A stretch of 38,519 nucleotides of DNA from positions 1 through 38,519 of the forward strand of contig CAXHZO010000022.1 in the NCBI GenBank assembly GCA_964022095.1. Reading direction: 5' to 3'. This document shows positions 27,340 to 37,568 of the stretch, one piece after another. How positions within the stretch are numbered: the first letter of the stretch is position 1; each line of letters begins with the position of its first letter. Source of the DNA: an uncultured Arcobacteraceae bacterium. Its GTDB lineage: Bacteria > Campylobacterota > Campylobacteria > Campylobacterales > Arcobacteraceae. The notes beneath the pieces were generated by a model, which was not told the origin of the DNA, did no database searches, and saw only the letters and a list, made by a program, of their open reading frames with translations. The position numbers were made by a program, and so were the translations under genes.

Positions 27340-28524
27340 TTGAATAAAATTATATTATATTTCGTTATTACTCTAAACTTCTTATTTGGAGCACAAGTAC
27401 AAGAGTTGCCTTGGCCAAAAGGTGGAACTTTTTTAACATTTTTAGAAAAGTACAATATTCCTCAAAAAATGTATTTTGATTTAGAAAAAGAGGATAAAGA
27501 GTTATGTTCAGAGATTGTTGCTGATAAAAGATACTACTTATACACAAATGATGATAATAGTTTAAACCAAGTTTTAATTCCAGTATCAGAAGAGATTCAA
27601 ATACATATTTTTAAAGATAGTAATGGAGTTTTTAAATTTCAAACACTACCAATAAATTATACAGAATATACTGAAACAATTGCAGTGAAAGTTAATACAT
27701 CACTATCTCATGACATTTTAGAAGCTACGGGTGATGTGGCTTTAGCTGTTATGGTAAAGCATATTTTCAAAGGTGTTAATTTTAGAAAAATGCAAAAAGG
27801 TGATTTTGTAGCAATTAAATATACACAAAAATCATTATTAGGTAGACCCCATGGACTTCCTGAAATTCACGGAGCCATGGTAGAAGTAGGAAATAACACT
27901 TACTACAGATTTAAAAATAAAAAAGATGATAAATTTTATAATGAAAAAGGTAAAGGCTTTACTAAATCTTACTTTTTTAAAATACCACTTACATATAAAA
28001 GAATATCAAGTCAATTTACTAAAAAAAGATGGCATCCAGTTTTAAAAAGATATAGAGCTCACCTAGGAACAGATTTTGCAGCCCCAAGAGGAAGAAAAAT
28101 CTATGCTGCTGCTGGTGGTAGAATTGAATTTAGAGGCAGAAAAGGTGGATACGGTAATACAATTATCATAAACCATGGAAATGGTTATAAAACTCTCTAT
28201 GCCCACCAAAATAAATTTGCAAAAGGTATAAGAAGAGGTCAAAGAGTTAAAAAAGGTCAACATATTGGTTATGTTGGAAGTACAGGACTTAGTTCTGGAC
28301 CTCACTTACACTTAGGATTATATAAAAATGGTAGAGCAATTAATCCACTTAAAGTTATCAGAAAAGCAGAGACTAATGGGTTGAAGGGTAAAGCTAAAAA
28401 AACTTTCCTAGCTAACTCAAAAAATTTAATAAATAAATTTAAAAATGAAGTAAATGACAATAATAGAGCAATAGCAACAAGATTAGAAAGACTAACAGAC
28501 AGATCTGATATAAATATACTTTAG
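27340..28524 (+). CDS. M23-family peptidoglycan DD-metalloendopeptidase (Csd3-like)
   Basis: Signal peptide; HLGTDF (HxxxD), GGYGN, TLYAH, GSTG.S.GPHLH (HxH). Confidence 0.92.
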   Translation: MNKIILYFVITLNFLFGAQVQELPWPKGGTFLTFLEKYNIPQKMYFDLEKEDKELCSEIVADKRYYLYTNDDNSLNQVLIPVSEEIQIHIFKDSNGVFKFQTLPINYTEYTETIAVKVNTSLSHDILEATGDVALAVMVKHIFKGVNFRKMQKGDFVAIKYTQKSLLGRPHGLPEIHGAMVEVGNNTYYRFKNKKDDKFYNEKGKGFTKSYFFKIPLTYKRISSQFTKKRWHPVLKRYRAHLGTDFAAPRGRKIYAAAGGRIEFRGRKGGYGNTIIINHGNGYKTLYAHQNKFAKGIRRGQRVKKGQHIGYVGSTGLSSGPHLHLGLYKNGRAINPLKVIRKAETNGLKGKAKKTFLANSKNLINKFKNEVNDNNRAIATRLERLTDRSDINIL

Positions 28525-28532
28525 GAGAAATA

Positions 28533-29885
28533 ATGCCTCAAGAAAAATCTACAATTAAAGATCCTAATGTATTATTAGAGGAACTTGAGTCATTACATCC
28601 AAGTGATATTGCCAACTCCTTAAAAAAAATAGAAAAAGAAAGTACTGAAGACTTTTTCTATGTATTAAAACAACTTCCTGAAGAAATTCTTGGGGAAGTA
28701 CTACTTGAATTACCAGATTACTTAAGAGAAGATGCTTTTGAAGAGCTGTCAATTGAAAAACTTACAGAAGCTGTTGATGAGCTTGATTCTGATGATCAAA
28801 CTGATATTATCCAAGAAATCGAAGAGTTAGATGTTAAAAAAGCCAAAGAGATCTATGATGGACTTGAAGAAGAAGATCAAAAAGAGATCGATTGGTTAAA
28901 AAAATATGAAGAAGATGAAGCTGGTGCATATATGCAAACAGAGCTTTTCTCTGCAAATATCGATGAAACATTAAGCTCTTCAATTGAAAGGTTGAGAATT
29001 GAAAAAGAGGAAGAAGAACTAGAAAACATTCATCAAGTTTATGTAACAGATAATTCAGGAGTACTACTAGGTGCTGTACTACTTGAAGATTTAATTATTT
29101 ATGATTATAAAAAAACATACAAAGAGATTTTTGAACTATATGGAAATAAATTTACTCCACTTAGCGTTGAAGATAGAGAAGATATAGATGAAGTTGCAAA
29201 AAAGTTTGAAAACTACGATTTAAATGTTGTTCCAGTTATTGGATATCAAGGTATCTTAATGGGTAGAATTACAAGTGATGATATTATTGATGTAATTGAA
29301 AAAAATGCAACAGAACAAATGTACCAATTAGCTGGGGTAGATGAAGACTTTGAAAGTGATGATGACTTAGTTAATATTGCAAAAAAAAGAGCTATGTGGC
29401 TGTTTTTAAATCTTGGTACCGCAATTCTAGCATCAATTGTAATTGGTTTGTTTGATGAAACAATTCAAGCTTATGTAGCCCTTGCTATCTTAATGCCAAT
29501 TGTTGCTTCAATGGGTGGAAATGCAGGAACTCAAACACTAGCAGTTATGGTTCGTCAAATTGCAATGGGTGATATTGAATTAGAACACTCTAAAGATGCT
29601 ATAAAAAAAGAGGTCTTTGTATCACTATTTAATGGATTTTTATTTGCAATAATCATGGGTATAATTGCTTGGATTTGGTTCGATGAAAAACTACTAGGTT
29701 TAGTTATAGGAGTATCCATGATTATAAATCTATTTAGTGCTGGTTTCTTTGGTGCTTCAATCCCACTTGTATTAAAAAAGTTTGATATTGATCCAGCTAT
29801 TGGAAGTACAGTTTTACTTACAACTGTAACAGATATTGTAGGGTTCTTTAGTTTTTTAATGCTTGCAAAAGTAATACTTTTATAA
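28533..29885 (+). CDS. mgtE: Magnesium transporter MgtE
   Basis: Acidic N-domain, CBS pair, MPIVASMGGNAGTQ, DPAIGS..LLTTVTDIVG. Confidence 0.96.
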   Translation: MPQEKSTIKDPNVLLEELESLHPSDIANSLKKIEKESTEDFFYVLKQLPEEILGEVLLELPDYLREDAFEELSIEKLTEAVDELDSDDQTDIIQEIEELDVKKAKEIYDGLEEEDQKEIDWLKKYEEDEAGAYMQTELFSANIDETLSSSIERLRIEKEEEELENIHQVYVTDNSGVLLGAVLLEDLIIYDYKKTYKEIFELYGNKFTPLSVEDREDIDEVAKKFENYDLNVVPVIGYQGILMGRITSDDIIDVIEKNATEQMYQLAGVDEDFESDDDLVNIAKKRAMWLFLNLGTAILASIVIGLFDETIQAYVALAILMPIVASMGGNAGTQTLAVMVRQIAMGDIELEHSKDAIKKEVFVSLFNGFLFAIIMGIIAWIWFDEKLLGLVIGVSMIINLFSAGFFGASIPLVLKKFDIDPAIGSTVLLTTVTDIVGFFSFLMLAKVILL

Positions 29886-29895
29886 GTATTACTTT
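29868..29895. terminator. Bidirectional hairpin overlapping the mgtE and folE stop codons
   Basis: AAAGTAATACTT-ttat-AAGTATTACTTT, perfect 12-bp stem between convergent genes. Confidence 0.65.
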
Positions 29896-30466
29896 ATTTA
29901 TGTAAAGACTGAGCAACTATTGATAAGAACTCATCTTTTGTTTTTTTCTCTCTTTTAAATAAACCTCTAAGTGCTGAAGTAACAGTTGTTGAACAAATCT
30001 TTTCAACCCCTCTCATTTCCATACACATATGTCTTGCATCTATAATAACTGCAACACCTTTTGGCTTTAAGTGTTCATTTAAAGCATCACAAATTTGTTC
30101 AGTCATTTGCTCTTGAATTTGTAGTCTTCTTGCAAAAACATCAACTACTCTTGGTATTTTTGATAGTCCTACTACTTTACCATCAGGAATATAAGCAACA
30201 TGAGCTTTTCCTATAATTGGTAACATATGATGTTCACACTGAGAATAGAATTCTATATCTTTTACAACAACCATTTCATCATTAGTTGAAGTAAAAAGTG
30301 CTTTTTGAATAATCTCTTTTGGATCTTGTTTATATCCACTACACATAAATTCATATGCTTTTCTTACACGACTAGGAGTATCTTGTAAACCTTCTCTATT
30401 TATATCTTCACCAACATGCTCTAATATCTTTCTTACAGCGTTTTCAAATTCTACTTCAGTGCTCAT
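29894..30466 (-). CDS. folE: GTP cyclohydrolase I (start probably ATG 30466)
   Basis: [43 protein letters not shown]. Confidence 0.98.
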   Translation of the reverse strand: MSTEVEFENAVRKILEHVGEDINREGLQDTPSRVRKAYEFMCSGYKQDPKEIIQKALFTSTNDEMVVVKDIEFYSQCEHHMLPIIGKAHVAYIPDGKVVGLSKIPRVVDVFARRLQIQEQMTEQICDALNEHLKPKGVAVIIDARHMCMEMRGVEKICSTTVTSALRGLFKREKKTKDEFLSIVAQSLHK

Positions 30467-30481
30467 AAAAAACAATTCCTT

Positions 30482-31666
30482 TTACATTTTTATCATATTT
30501 CCCATATCCCAAATAGGTACAAAAATAGCCAAAACTATCCATAAAATTAAAGCCATAATCAAAACTAAAAATATAGGTTGTATTAAATTTATTAATTTAT
30601 TTACTTTATTATCAAATCTATCTTTATATATTTTACTAATTTCACTTATCGTAATAGGTAAAGAGTTTGATATCTCACCTGTATTAATCAAATTTAAAAT
30701 AATATCATCAACTAAAATACTTTTGGAAAAAGATTCATTTATATTTTTACCATTGTACAATAGATTTTCAATAAGCCGTATTCTATCTAAAACGTATTTA
30801 TTATTAATTAAAAGTTTCGCAGATGTTAAAGCTTTATGAAATTCATAGTTTGAGTCAAGCATAATTTTTATTACATAAAAAAATTTATACATTTCCATAT
30901 TTAAAAAAACATCTTTCATTATTGGCACTTTTGAAACTAAAGCCTTATGAATAAAAAAACTAAAATCTTCATTTGATTTATAAAAATATATTATCAATAC
31001 AATGATTGCAAAAAAAATTAAAAATATGAAGTGTAAATAGTTTTGAAAAATATTTTCAACAAAAAGTAAAGATCTTGTTGCAAAAGGTAGTTGTGAATCA
31101 AATTGAGTAAAGATGACTTTAAATTTTGGGATAACAAAATAAAATATACTAATCATTGAGAAAAGAAAGCTCACTAATAAAATGATAGGATAAGACATAG
31201 ATTTACTAAATGTTTTTTTAATCTCATCACTTTGAATTAACAGTTTACTAAGTGCATTTATATTTGCTTTTATACTGCCGCTATCTTGAGAGAGTTTTAA
31301 AAAAGACACAATAATATAATCAATTTTAAACTCTTTTAAAAGCTCATCGATAGGCTTTGAATTAGAAAAAGCTATTTGAACTTTTTTTAAAAATTCTAAA
31401 ATAGTTTTATCTTTTTTATTTTTAATCAAAATATTTAAAGAATCATTAAATGTGATATTTGATTGAAGCATCAAGTTTAATTCATAAAATAAAAAACTCA
31501 ACTCTTTTCGTTTTACTCTTTTTTTAAATAAATCGTTAATTGAAAACTCTATAGGCTCAATACTTACAATATTTTTAGGTAGATTATTTTTATCTATTCC
31601 ATCTAGTTTTGTTATTATAGTATGCGCAGAGTTATTATTTAAATACTTGATTTTATATTTTTTCAT
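30482..31666 (-). CDS. Type II secretion / type IV pilus platform protein, GspF/PilC family
   Basis: Two T2SSF repeats, MSYP, IPKF..IF.QF...LP.ATR, GE.S..L, LIQP, IFVPIW; follows the GspE ATPase. Confidence 0.88.
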   Translation of the reverse strand: MKKYKIKYLNNNSAHTIITKLDGIDKNNLPKNIVSIEPIEFSINDLFKKRVKRKELSFLFYELNLMLQSNITFNDSLNILIKNKKDKTILEFLKKVQIAFSNSKPIDELLKEFKIDYIIVSFLKLSQDSGSIKANINALSKLLIQSDEIKKTFSKSMSYPIILLVSFLFSMISIFYFVIPKFKVIFTQFDSQLPFATRSLLFVENIFQNYLHFIFLIFFAIIVLIIYFYKSNEDFSFFIHKALVSKVPIMKDVFLNMEMYKFFYVIKIMLDSNYEFHKALTSAKLLINNKYVLDRIRLIENLLYNGKNINESFSKSILVDDIILNLINTGEISNSLPITISEISKIYKDRFDNKVNKLINLIQPIFLVLIMALILWIVLAIFVPIWDMGNMIKM

Positions 31667-31669
31667 TGT

Positions 31670-33025
31670 TTATATTACTTTATATACCTCATCAATAGAA
31701 GTGATTCCATTATTTACTTTATCTAATCCATCTTCTAAAATTGTTCTAAAACCTATTGAGTTTAGATACTTCTCAATCTCATTTAATTGTGCTTTTTTAA
31801 ATATCATCGAGCTAATACTATCATCAATTTTCAATAGCTCTGCAATTGAGCTTCTATCATAAAATTTTGTAAAATTACATTTTGGGCAACCTTTATTTGT
31901 ACACTCTTTACAATAATTTAAAACTAATCTTTGGGATAAAACATACTTTAATGTAGTAGATAATAAAAATGGATCTGCTTTTAAATCAATAAGTCTAGTT
32001 ATAGTTTGAATCGCACTATTTGCATGAATTGTTGCTATTACTAAATGACCAGTTAAAGAAGCTTGTAAGGCAATGTCTAAGGAGAATTTATCTCTTATTT
32101 CTCCTATAAAAATCACATCAGGATCTTGTCTTAAAATATTTTTTAAAATAACTTCAAAACTAAGTCCAATTTTATTGTTTACGCTAATTTGTGAAATATC
32201 TTCAATTTTATATTCAACTGGATCTTCTACTGTTATTATCTTTTTTTCTTCGCTTTTTAACTCTTTTAAGATTGAGTATAAAGAAGTGGTTTTACCACTT
32301 CCCGTTGGTCCAGTAATTAAAATCAAACCTTGAGTTAATGATAATATTTTTTTCAACTCTTCTAATATTTTAAAATCAAATCCAAGGGAGTTTAAATCTT
32401 TATTTATATTTGTTTTATCAAGTATTCTTAATACTATAGATTCGCTATTAATTGTTGGCATAGTTGAAACTCTAAAATCAAAGTTTTTATCATTTAACTC
32501 AAGGGAGAACCTTGAATCCATAGGTATTCTAACTTGTGTTATATCCAAGTTTGAAATTAGTTTTATATATGAAGATAAAAATCTAAATAACTCTTTTTTA
32601 AAAACAAAGAATATTTTCATTTTTCCATCAATTCTAAGTCTTACATTTGTAAAACTTTTAGTAACTTCAAAATGAATATCACTGGCTCTTTTAGAAATAC
32701 AAAAGCTAAGTAAATCATTAAAAAATATTTCTAGAGAATTATCACTTGAATTAGAATGAATAATTTTTTCACCTAGTTTGTAAAACTTTTTTCTAATATC
32801 TAAATTTGATAAGAAGAATAAAAGCTCTTGTTTTTCAAACTCGCAATAAGATAAAGCTGTGTTAAATTTCGTATTAATTTCTACTAAATTTGATTCTTTG
32901 CAAATCGCAACTTTTAGTACAATATCATCTTGAAATAATGGTATTATCAAACTATTACATAAATACTCTTGATCATATATATCAAATAAAGAGTAATCAA
33001 TTAATTCTTTACTTAAACTTTTCAT
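31670..33025 (-). CDS. GspE/PilB-family secretion/pilus assembly ATPase
   Basis: ASDIHFE, FRVST.P, GPTGSGKTT (Walker A), TVEDPVEY, LRQDPDVIFIGEIRD, TGHLV.ATIH, CxxC-CxxC. Confidence 0.93.
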   Translation of the reverse strand: MKSLSKELIDYSLFDIYDQEYLCNSLIIPLFQDDIVLKVAICKESNLVEINTKFNTALSYCEFEKQELLFFLSNLDIRKKFYKLGEKIIHSNSSDNSLEIFFNDLLSFCISKRASDIHFEVTKSFTNVRLRIDGKMKIFFVFKKELFRFLSSYIKLISNLDITQVRIPMDSRFSLELNDKNFDFRVSTMPTINSESIVLRILDKTNINKDLNSLGFDFKILEELKKILSLTQGLILITGPTGSGKTTSLYSILKELKSEEKKIITVEDPVEYKIEDISQISVNNKIGLSFEVILKNILRQDPDVIFIGEIRDKFSLDIALQASLTGHLVIATIHANSAIQTITRLIDLKADPFLLSTTLKYVLSQRLVLNYCKECTNKGCPKCNFTKFYDRSSIAELLKIDDSISSMIFKKAQLNEIEKYLNSIGFRTILEDGLDKVNNGITSIDEVYKVI

Positions 33026-33626
33026 CTTTAAACTCCAATATTATAAGCTTATTATCTTTTTCTAATTCAACATAATTACTTGCGATTTTCTTTACTAAAA
33101 ACTCATTTATATAATCACTTTCTTTAAGTATTTTATTATTGATTATTATATATGAGTCAATAATCGCTATAAGTTTAAAATTAGTATTTGGCTTTATAGG
33201 TTCTAAGATAAACTTTTTCAAGTGCTTTTCATAGTATTTGTTAAAAGAAAGCTCTAATTCATAAATATAATCACTTTTATTTTCTTTATTTAAATCAATC
33301 TTTTGTATTTTTGAAAAGCCATTTATATGCTCTAAAAACTCAACTAGATTTTCACTTTTACTTAGTGTTGATTTTACTAAAAGTTTAATACTATTTTTTT
33401 TCCTTGATATATTTAGTATCTCAATTTCTTTAGTCTTTGAAAAGTTCTCAATTTTAGAATAGATGTCTATATAATTTCCATCAAATTTTTTTATTTTATT
33501 TTTTATTTTATTTATATTTGTATTTTTTATTTTGGGATTATAAAGCTCATAAAAATAATAGATTAAATAGGCAATAAGTAATGGCAAGATGTATAACTGT
33601 ATTTTTGTTTTAGAGTTTAGTTTCAT
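33009..33626 (-). CDS. Hypothetical bitopic membrane protein (possible PilO/GspM-like alignment subunit)
   Basis: N-terminal TM; overlaps both neighbours in the GspE/F operon. Family assignment rests on position and topology only. Confidence 0.6.
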   Translation of the reverse strand: MKLNSKTKIQLYILPLLIAYLIYYFYELYNPKIKNTNINKIKNKIKKFDGNYIDIYSKIENFSKTKEIEILNISRKKNSIKLLVKSTLSKSENLVEFLEHINGFSKIQKIDLNKENKSDYIYELELSFNKYYEKHLKKFILEPIKPNTNFKLIAIIDSYIIINNKILKESDYINEFLVKKIASNYVELEKDNKLIILEFKDEKFK

Positions 33627-34471
33627 AGACTTTTTATACCTATTTCACATTCATATAGTTTTTTCTCTTTTATATAAGTAACAGCACTATTATTAATGCT
33701 ATTTTTAAACTCAATTAAAAAACGATAAATATTTTCTTTGTTTGTTGAAGTAAATAGCAATTTAATCTTTTTATTTTCATATAAAAAAGATTTTACTTTT
33801 AGTTTATTTTTATTTAAATTCTCAAGAATCAAATTATAATCTTTGCTAAAGTATTGCATTTTAGGATAAGTGATTTCTTTGGGTTTTACAATTACTTTAC
33901 TATTAACACTGCCATAGATTGTAAAATAGAATAAAAAAGCTAAAATAGTAAAAATATAAACTATATAAATAGCTAAAAAACCATCTTTAGTTTTATTAAA
34001 ATCTTTCAAAATAGCTTTGAAATTACTTTTCTTATAATTATCAATTAAACTAAATAAACTTTCATCATCAAACTCTTTTATTTCATCAATACTAATTGAA
34101 AGTTTACTTTCTATAAATCTATTTATTTCATCTTTATTTATTTGCTGTGTATTTTTTTGAAAGAAATATGGCTTTTTATTCTTATAAAGTATGCAGTAGT
34201 TTTTACATACAAACAGTATGTTTTTATTTGATGTACAATTAGTTCTAAAGCATTCTAGATAACTAATATCAAAACTATCATCAGCTACTAAAATTTGATA
34301 AGTTTTAATTTCAGATATGTAAAAAAGATAGATTTTGTTTAGAGATTCTATAAATACATTATTTAAAAGCAAGTTTGTGTTAATAAAATTTTTTAATGCA
34401 GTATTAAAAAGTGGCTTTGACTCCACTTGAACAATTGTAAGTTTATTTAGCCAATTTAGTTCTTTTTTCAA
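33623..34471 (-). CDS. Hypothetical protein with internal TM (possible GspL/PilMN-like subunit)
   Basis: About 165-aa soluble region, one TM (FLAIYIVYIFTILAFLFYF), short C-terminal domain; first gene of the GspE/F operon. Confidence 0.6.
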   Translation of the reverse strand: MKKELNWLNKLTIVQVESKPLFNTALKNFINTNLLLNNVFIESLNKIYLFYISEIKTYQILVADDSFDISYLECFRTNCTSNKNILFVCKNYCILYKNKKPYFFQKNTQQINKDEINRFIESKLSISIDEIKEFDDESLFSLIDNYKKSNFKAILKDFNKTKDGFLAIYIVYIFTILAFLFYFTIYGSVNSKVIVKPKEITYPKMQYFSKDYNLILENLNKNKLKVKSFLYENKKIKLLFTSTNKENIYRFLIEFKNSINNSAVTYIKEKKLYECEIGIKSL

Positions 34472-34546
34472 AATATTCCACTTTAAATAATCTTATATAT
34501 TATTTTAGTGAAATATTTTTTAAATTATAATTATAAAAATTATTAA

Positions 34547-35428
34547 TTAGTCGATATCATAACCAAGCTCTTTTAAGCCCTCTTTATTTTTTGTCCAACC
34601 TTTTTTGATAGAAACAAATAGTTCTAAATAACACTTCTTACCTGTTAATTTTTCTATTTTGATTCTTGCATCTTTTCCAATTCTTTTAATTGCAGTTGCA
34701 CCTTTCCCTATAATCATTCCTTTTTGAGTACCTTTTTGTACAATAATAGTTGCTTTTACTACATCAATACCAGGTTTTTCTTCAACTTTGTCAATTTTAA
34801 CATCAGTTTCGTATGGTATTTCATCAGAGATGTTTTCAAAAATTGCTTCTCGAATAAACTCTTTAAAGATATCTCTCATGTGTTCAGTTGTTAATATTTC
34901 TGGATCAAATAAGTATGGGTGTTCTGGTAAATGTTTTACAACCTCACCTAAAATATCTGAAGGTCTTGTTTGTTTTTTAATTGAGATAGGAATAACAGAT
35001 TCATATTTATCACTAAATTTTTCATACTCTTTCATTTTTTCTAAAACTTCAGCATTTGATACAAAGTCAATTTTTGTAAGAAGTAAAATATGTTTTACAT
35101 TTTTTTTATTTTTTACTAGAAAGTCTTCATAATGTGATACTTTATCTGTAATTGGAGCAAGAAATAAAATTAGATCACAATCACCCATTGCTTTTAAAGC
35201 CTCATCAAGCATAAACTGATTTAATAGTTTTTCTGTTTCATGAATTCCTGGAGTATCCACAAAAATAATTTGATCATCTTCATGCATTACAATAATGTTT
35301 GATCTTTTTCTTGTAGCATTTGCCTTATGCGATACCATCGCTATTTTTTCACCAACTAGCCAGTTTAATAGTGAACTCTTACCCGCATTAGGACGTCCAA
35401 CTACTGAAACATATCCACATTTTGTCAT
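34547..35428 (-). CDS. era: GTPase Era
   Basis: GRPNAGKS, DTPG, TKID, EIPY, KH domain QKGMIIGKG..IK.IG. Confidence 0.97.
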   Translation of the reverse strand: MTKCGYVSVVGRPNAGKSSLLNWLVGEKIAMVSHKANATRKRSNIIVMHEDDQIIFVDTPGIHETEKLLNQFMLDEALKAMGDCDLILFLAPITDKVSHYEDFLVKNKKNVKHILLLTKIDFVSNAEVLEKMKEYEKFSDKYESVIPISIKKQTRPSDILGEVVKHLPEHPYLFDPEILTTEHMRDIFKEFIREAIFENISDEIPYETDVKIDKVEEKPGIDVVKATIIVQKGTQKGMIIGKGATAIKRIGKDARIKIEKLTGKKCYLELFVSIKKGWTKNKEGLKELGYDID

Positions 35429-35482
35429 TTATTGCCTTTTATTCATTTTTAAATGCAATATTACCATAAATTTACAAAAACT

Positions 35483-36994
35483 CTATCTTCTTCTAAAACT
35501 TAAACTTTGTAATAAATCATTTTTAGTTATAGATTCATTATCATTTATATCTGCTATTGTTCTTGCAACTTTTAATACTTTATTGATACTTCTAAAAGAC
35601 AAACTATAATTTTGTATTGCTTTTTGTAATATATCACTTGATTCTTCGTTTAAAATACAAAATTTACTAACCTCTTCATCACTTAACTTTCCATTTAAAT
35701 TTTTTTGTCCCCTTTGTTTTTGTATTTTAAATGCATTTAAAACATTTTCATATAACTCTTTTGAAGTAACTTTATTTTTCGTATCTTTAAAACTATCATT
35801 CATTACAACATATAAATCCATTCTATCCATGAAAGGTTCAGACAACTTGTTTTTGTATCTTTGAATCTCAGCTTCATTACACCTGCACTCTTTTGCACTT
35901 GAAAGTAAATTCCCACAAGGACAAGGATTCATTGCACCTACAAATAAAAATTTTGTTTCATACATAGTTTTTGTATTAACCCTTGAAATTAATATTTTAT
36001 TATCTTCTAAAGGTTCTCTTAGTGCTTCTAATACTGATTTAGAAAAATGAGGTAATTCATCAAAAAAAAGTATTCCACCATTACTTAATGCAATTTCACC
36101 CATTTTTGCACTACTGCTCCCTCCTCCAAATATTGAGGATTTTGTACTTGAATGATGGGGATTTCTAAAACTTCTTATTGGTTTAAAATCAACTTCACTA
36201 TAATCTAAAGATTGAAGTTTTGCTTTTTCTAGTATCTCTTCTAAACTCATTGGAGGCATAATGTGTTTCATTCTTTTTGTTATCATAGATTTTCCACATC
36301 CAGGACTACCTTCAAAGATTATGTTATGATTTCCAGCAACTGCAAGCATACTTGCATACTTTGCCATATCTTGTCCTATTACATCAATATAATCATCTCC
36401 AAACTCATCTATATAATAAAATGTCTCTGAACTTATATCTATTTTTTTATAATCTAAACTCTTCTTTTCATATAGATACTTATTTTTATCTTCACTATTA
36501 AAAAATTCGATTGCATCACTCAATGTGTTTACACAATAGATTTCAAGATTTGGAATATTTTGAAGTTTTTTTGCACTTTTTTCACAAACTAAAACTTTTT
36601 TTATCAAACCTTGTTTAGCTAAAGACAAAACTATTGCAAAAATTGAATTTGTATCTTTTATTGTTCCATCAAGGGATAATTCACCAAAAACTAGTATCTC
36701 ATCAAAACTCATTTTTTTATTTTCATGTAATGCTATTTGAAGAGCAATTCCTAAATCAAAATGAGTTCCTTTTTTATTTATATCAGAAGGAGAAAGGTTT
36801 ACTGTGATCTTTAGTGGTGGAAATTTAAATTCATTTGTTAAAAGAGCAGATTTAACTCTATCTTTTGATTCACTAATACTAGTAGATATCATACCTACAA
36901 TAGTAAAACTTGGAAGTCCTTTTGTAAATGTTGTCTCTACATCAACTACAATTGAGTCTAATCCATCATAAGATGCTGATTTGATTATTTTCAT
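35483..36994 (-). CDS. comM: YifB/ComM-family Mg-chelatase-like AAA+ ATPase (competence helicase)
   Basis: GLPSF.IVG, VNLSP.D..K.G.HFDL, GSPGCGKS, FR.PHH, LFFDELP, AMNPCPCG, S.R...KVLKVARTIAD. Confidence 0.9.
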   Translation of the reverse strand: MKIIKSASYDGLDSIVVDVETTFTKGLPSFTIVGMISTSISESKDRVKSALLTNEFKFPPLKITVNLSPSDINKKGTHFDLGIALQIALHENKKMSFDEILVFGELSLDGTIKDTNSIFAIVLSLAKQGLIKKVLVCEKSAKKLQNIPNLEIYCVNTLSDAIEFFNSEDKNKYLYEKKSLDYKKIDISSETFYYIDEFGDDYIDVIGQDMAKYASMLAVAGNHNIIFEGSPGCGKSMITKRMKHIMPPMSLEEILEKAKLQSLDYSEVDFKPIRSFRNPHHSSTKSSIFGGGSSSAKMGEIALSNGGILFFDELPHFSKSVLEALREPLEDNKILISRVNTKTMYETKFLFVGAMNPCPCGNLLSSAKECRCNEAEIQRYKNKLSEPFMDRMDLYVVMNDSFKDTKNKVTSKELYENVLNAFKIQKQRGQKNLNGKLSDEEVSKFCILNEESSDILQKAIQNYSLSFRSINKVLKVARTIADINDNESITKNDLLQSLSFRRR

Positions 36995-37145
36995 TAAAAT
37001 GCCTAGTTAAATAATTTTATTCATTATTATAATGATTTATTATTTTTTTATTGCTTAATATCTCAAAAAGTACTATGATTTTTATTTTATACGCTAAGTC
37101 TTGAAACAAAGAAAAATAAAGATTTTCTTATCTTTTATAAACTCT

Positions 37146-37154
37146 TGCTATAAT
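37146..37154 (+). promoter_or_regulatory. Extended -10 promoter TGcTATAAT for the 37184 gene
   Basis: Perfect TGnTATAAT 29 nt upstream of ATG 37184. Confidence 0.65.
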
Positions 37155-37183
37155 ACCTAAAAAAATTTAGGAACTTTATTATT

Positions 37184-37564
37184 ATGAATACAACAGACTG
37201 TCCAGAATGTGGATATGAAATACTTTCAAGACTAGGCACTGTATGCCCAAAATGTGGACATACAATAGGATATTTTGAAGGAGAGAAGAAAAAGAAATAT
37301 GGTAAATATTTTGCTTTAACAGTTTTTGTACCTTTTATATCATTTATAACTATTTTATTTGCATCAATTAACCCTTATACATTTTATGCATCAATTGTAA
37401 TCTATGCTTATTTAGCATACAAATCTTGCCCAGCACTATTTAAAGGTGTGACTTTAGGAAAATTTGAAAAAGGTTTATTTTGGGGAATTTGGATTTTATT
37501 AAATTTAATGATTATTGCAATGATTACTAATAATATTATAAAAGGAGTTGGACAAGGAAGTTAA
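37184..37564 (+). CDS. Hypothetical zinc-ribbon membrane protein (126 aa)
   Basis: CPECG-x9-CPKCG followed by three hydrophobic segments; has its own promoter and an AGGA SD. Confidence 0.8.
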   Translation: MNTTDCPECGYEILSRLGTVCPKCGHTIGYFEGEKKKKYGKYFALTVFVPFISFITILFASINPYTFYASIVIYAYLAYKSCPALFKGVTLGKFEKGLFWGIWILLNLMIIAMITNNIIKGVGQGS

Positions 37565-37568
37565 AAAA

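Noticed and set aside
37156..37171. CCTAAA/TTTAGG hairpin over the SD of the zinc-ribbon gene
   Set aside because: Weak 6-bp stem, mostly upstream of the predicted TSS, with no co-oriented upstream gene to supply read-through.
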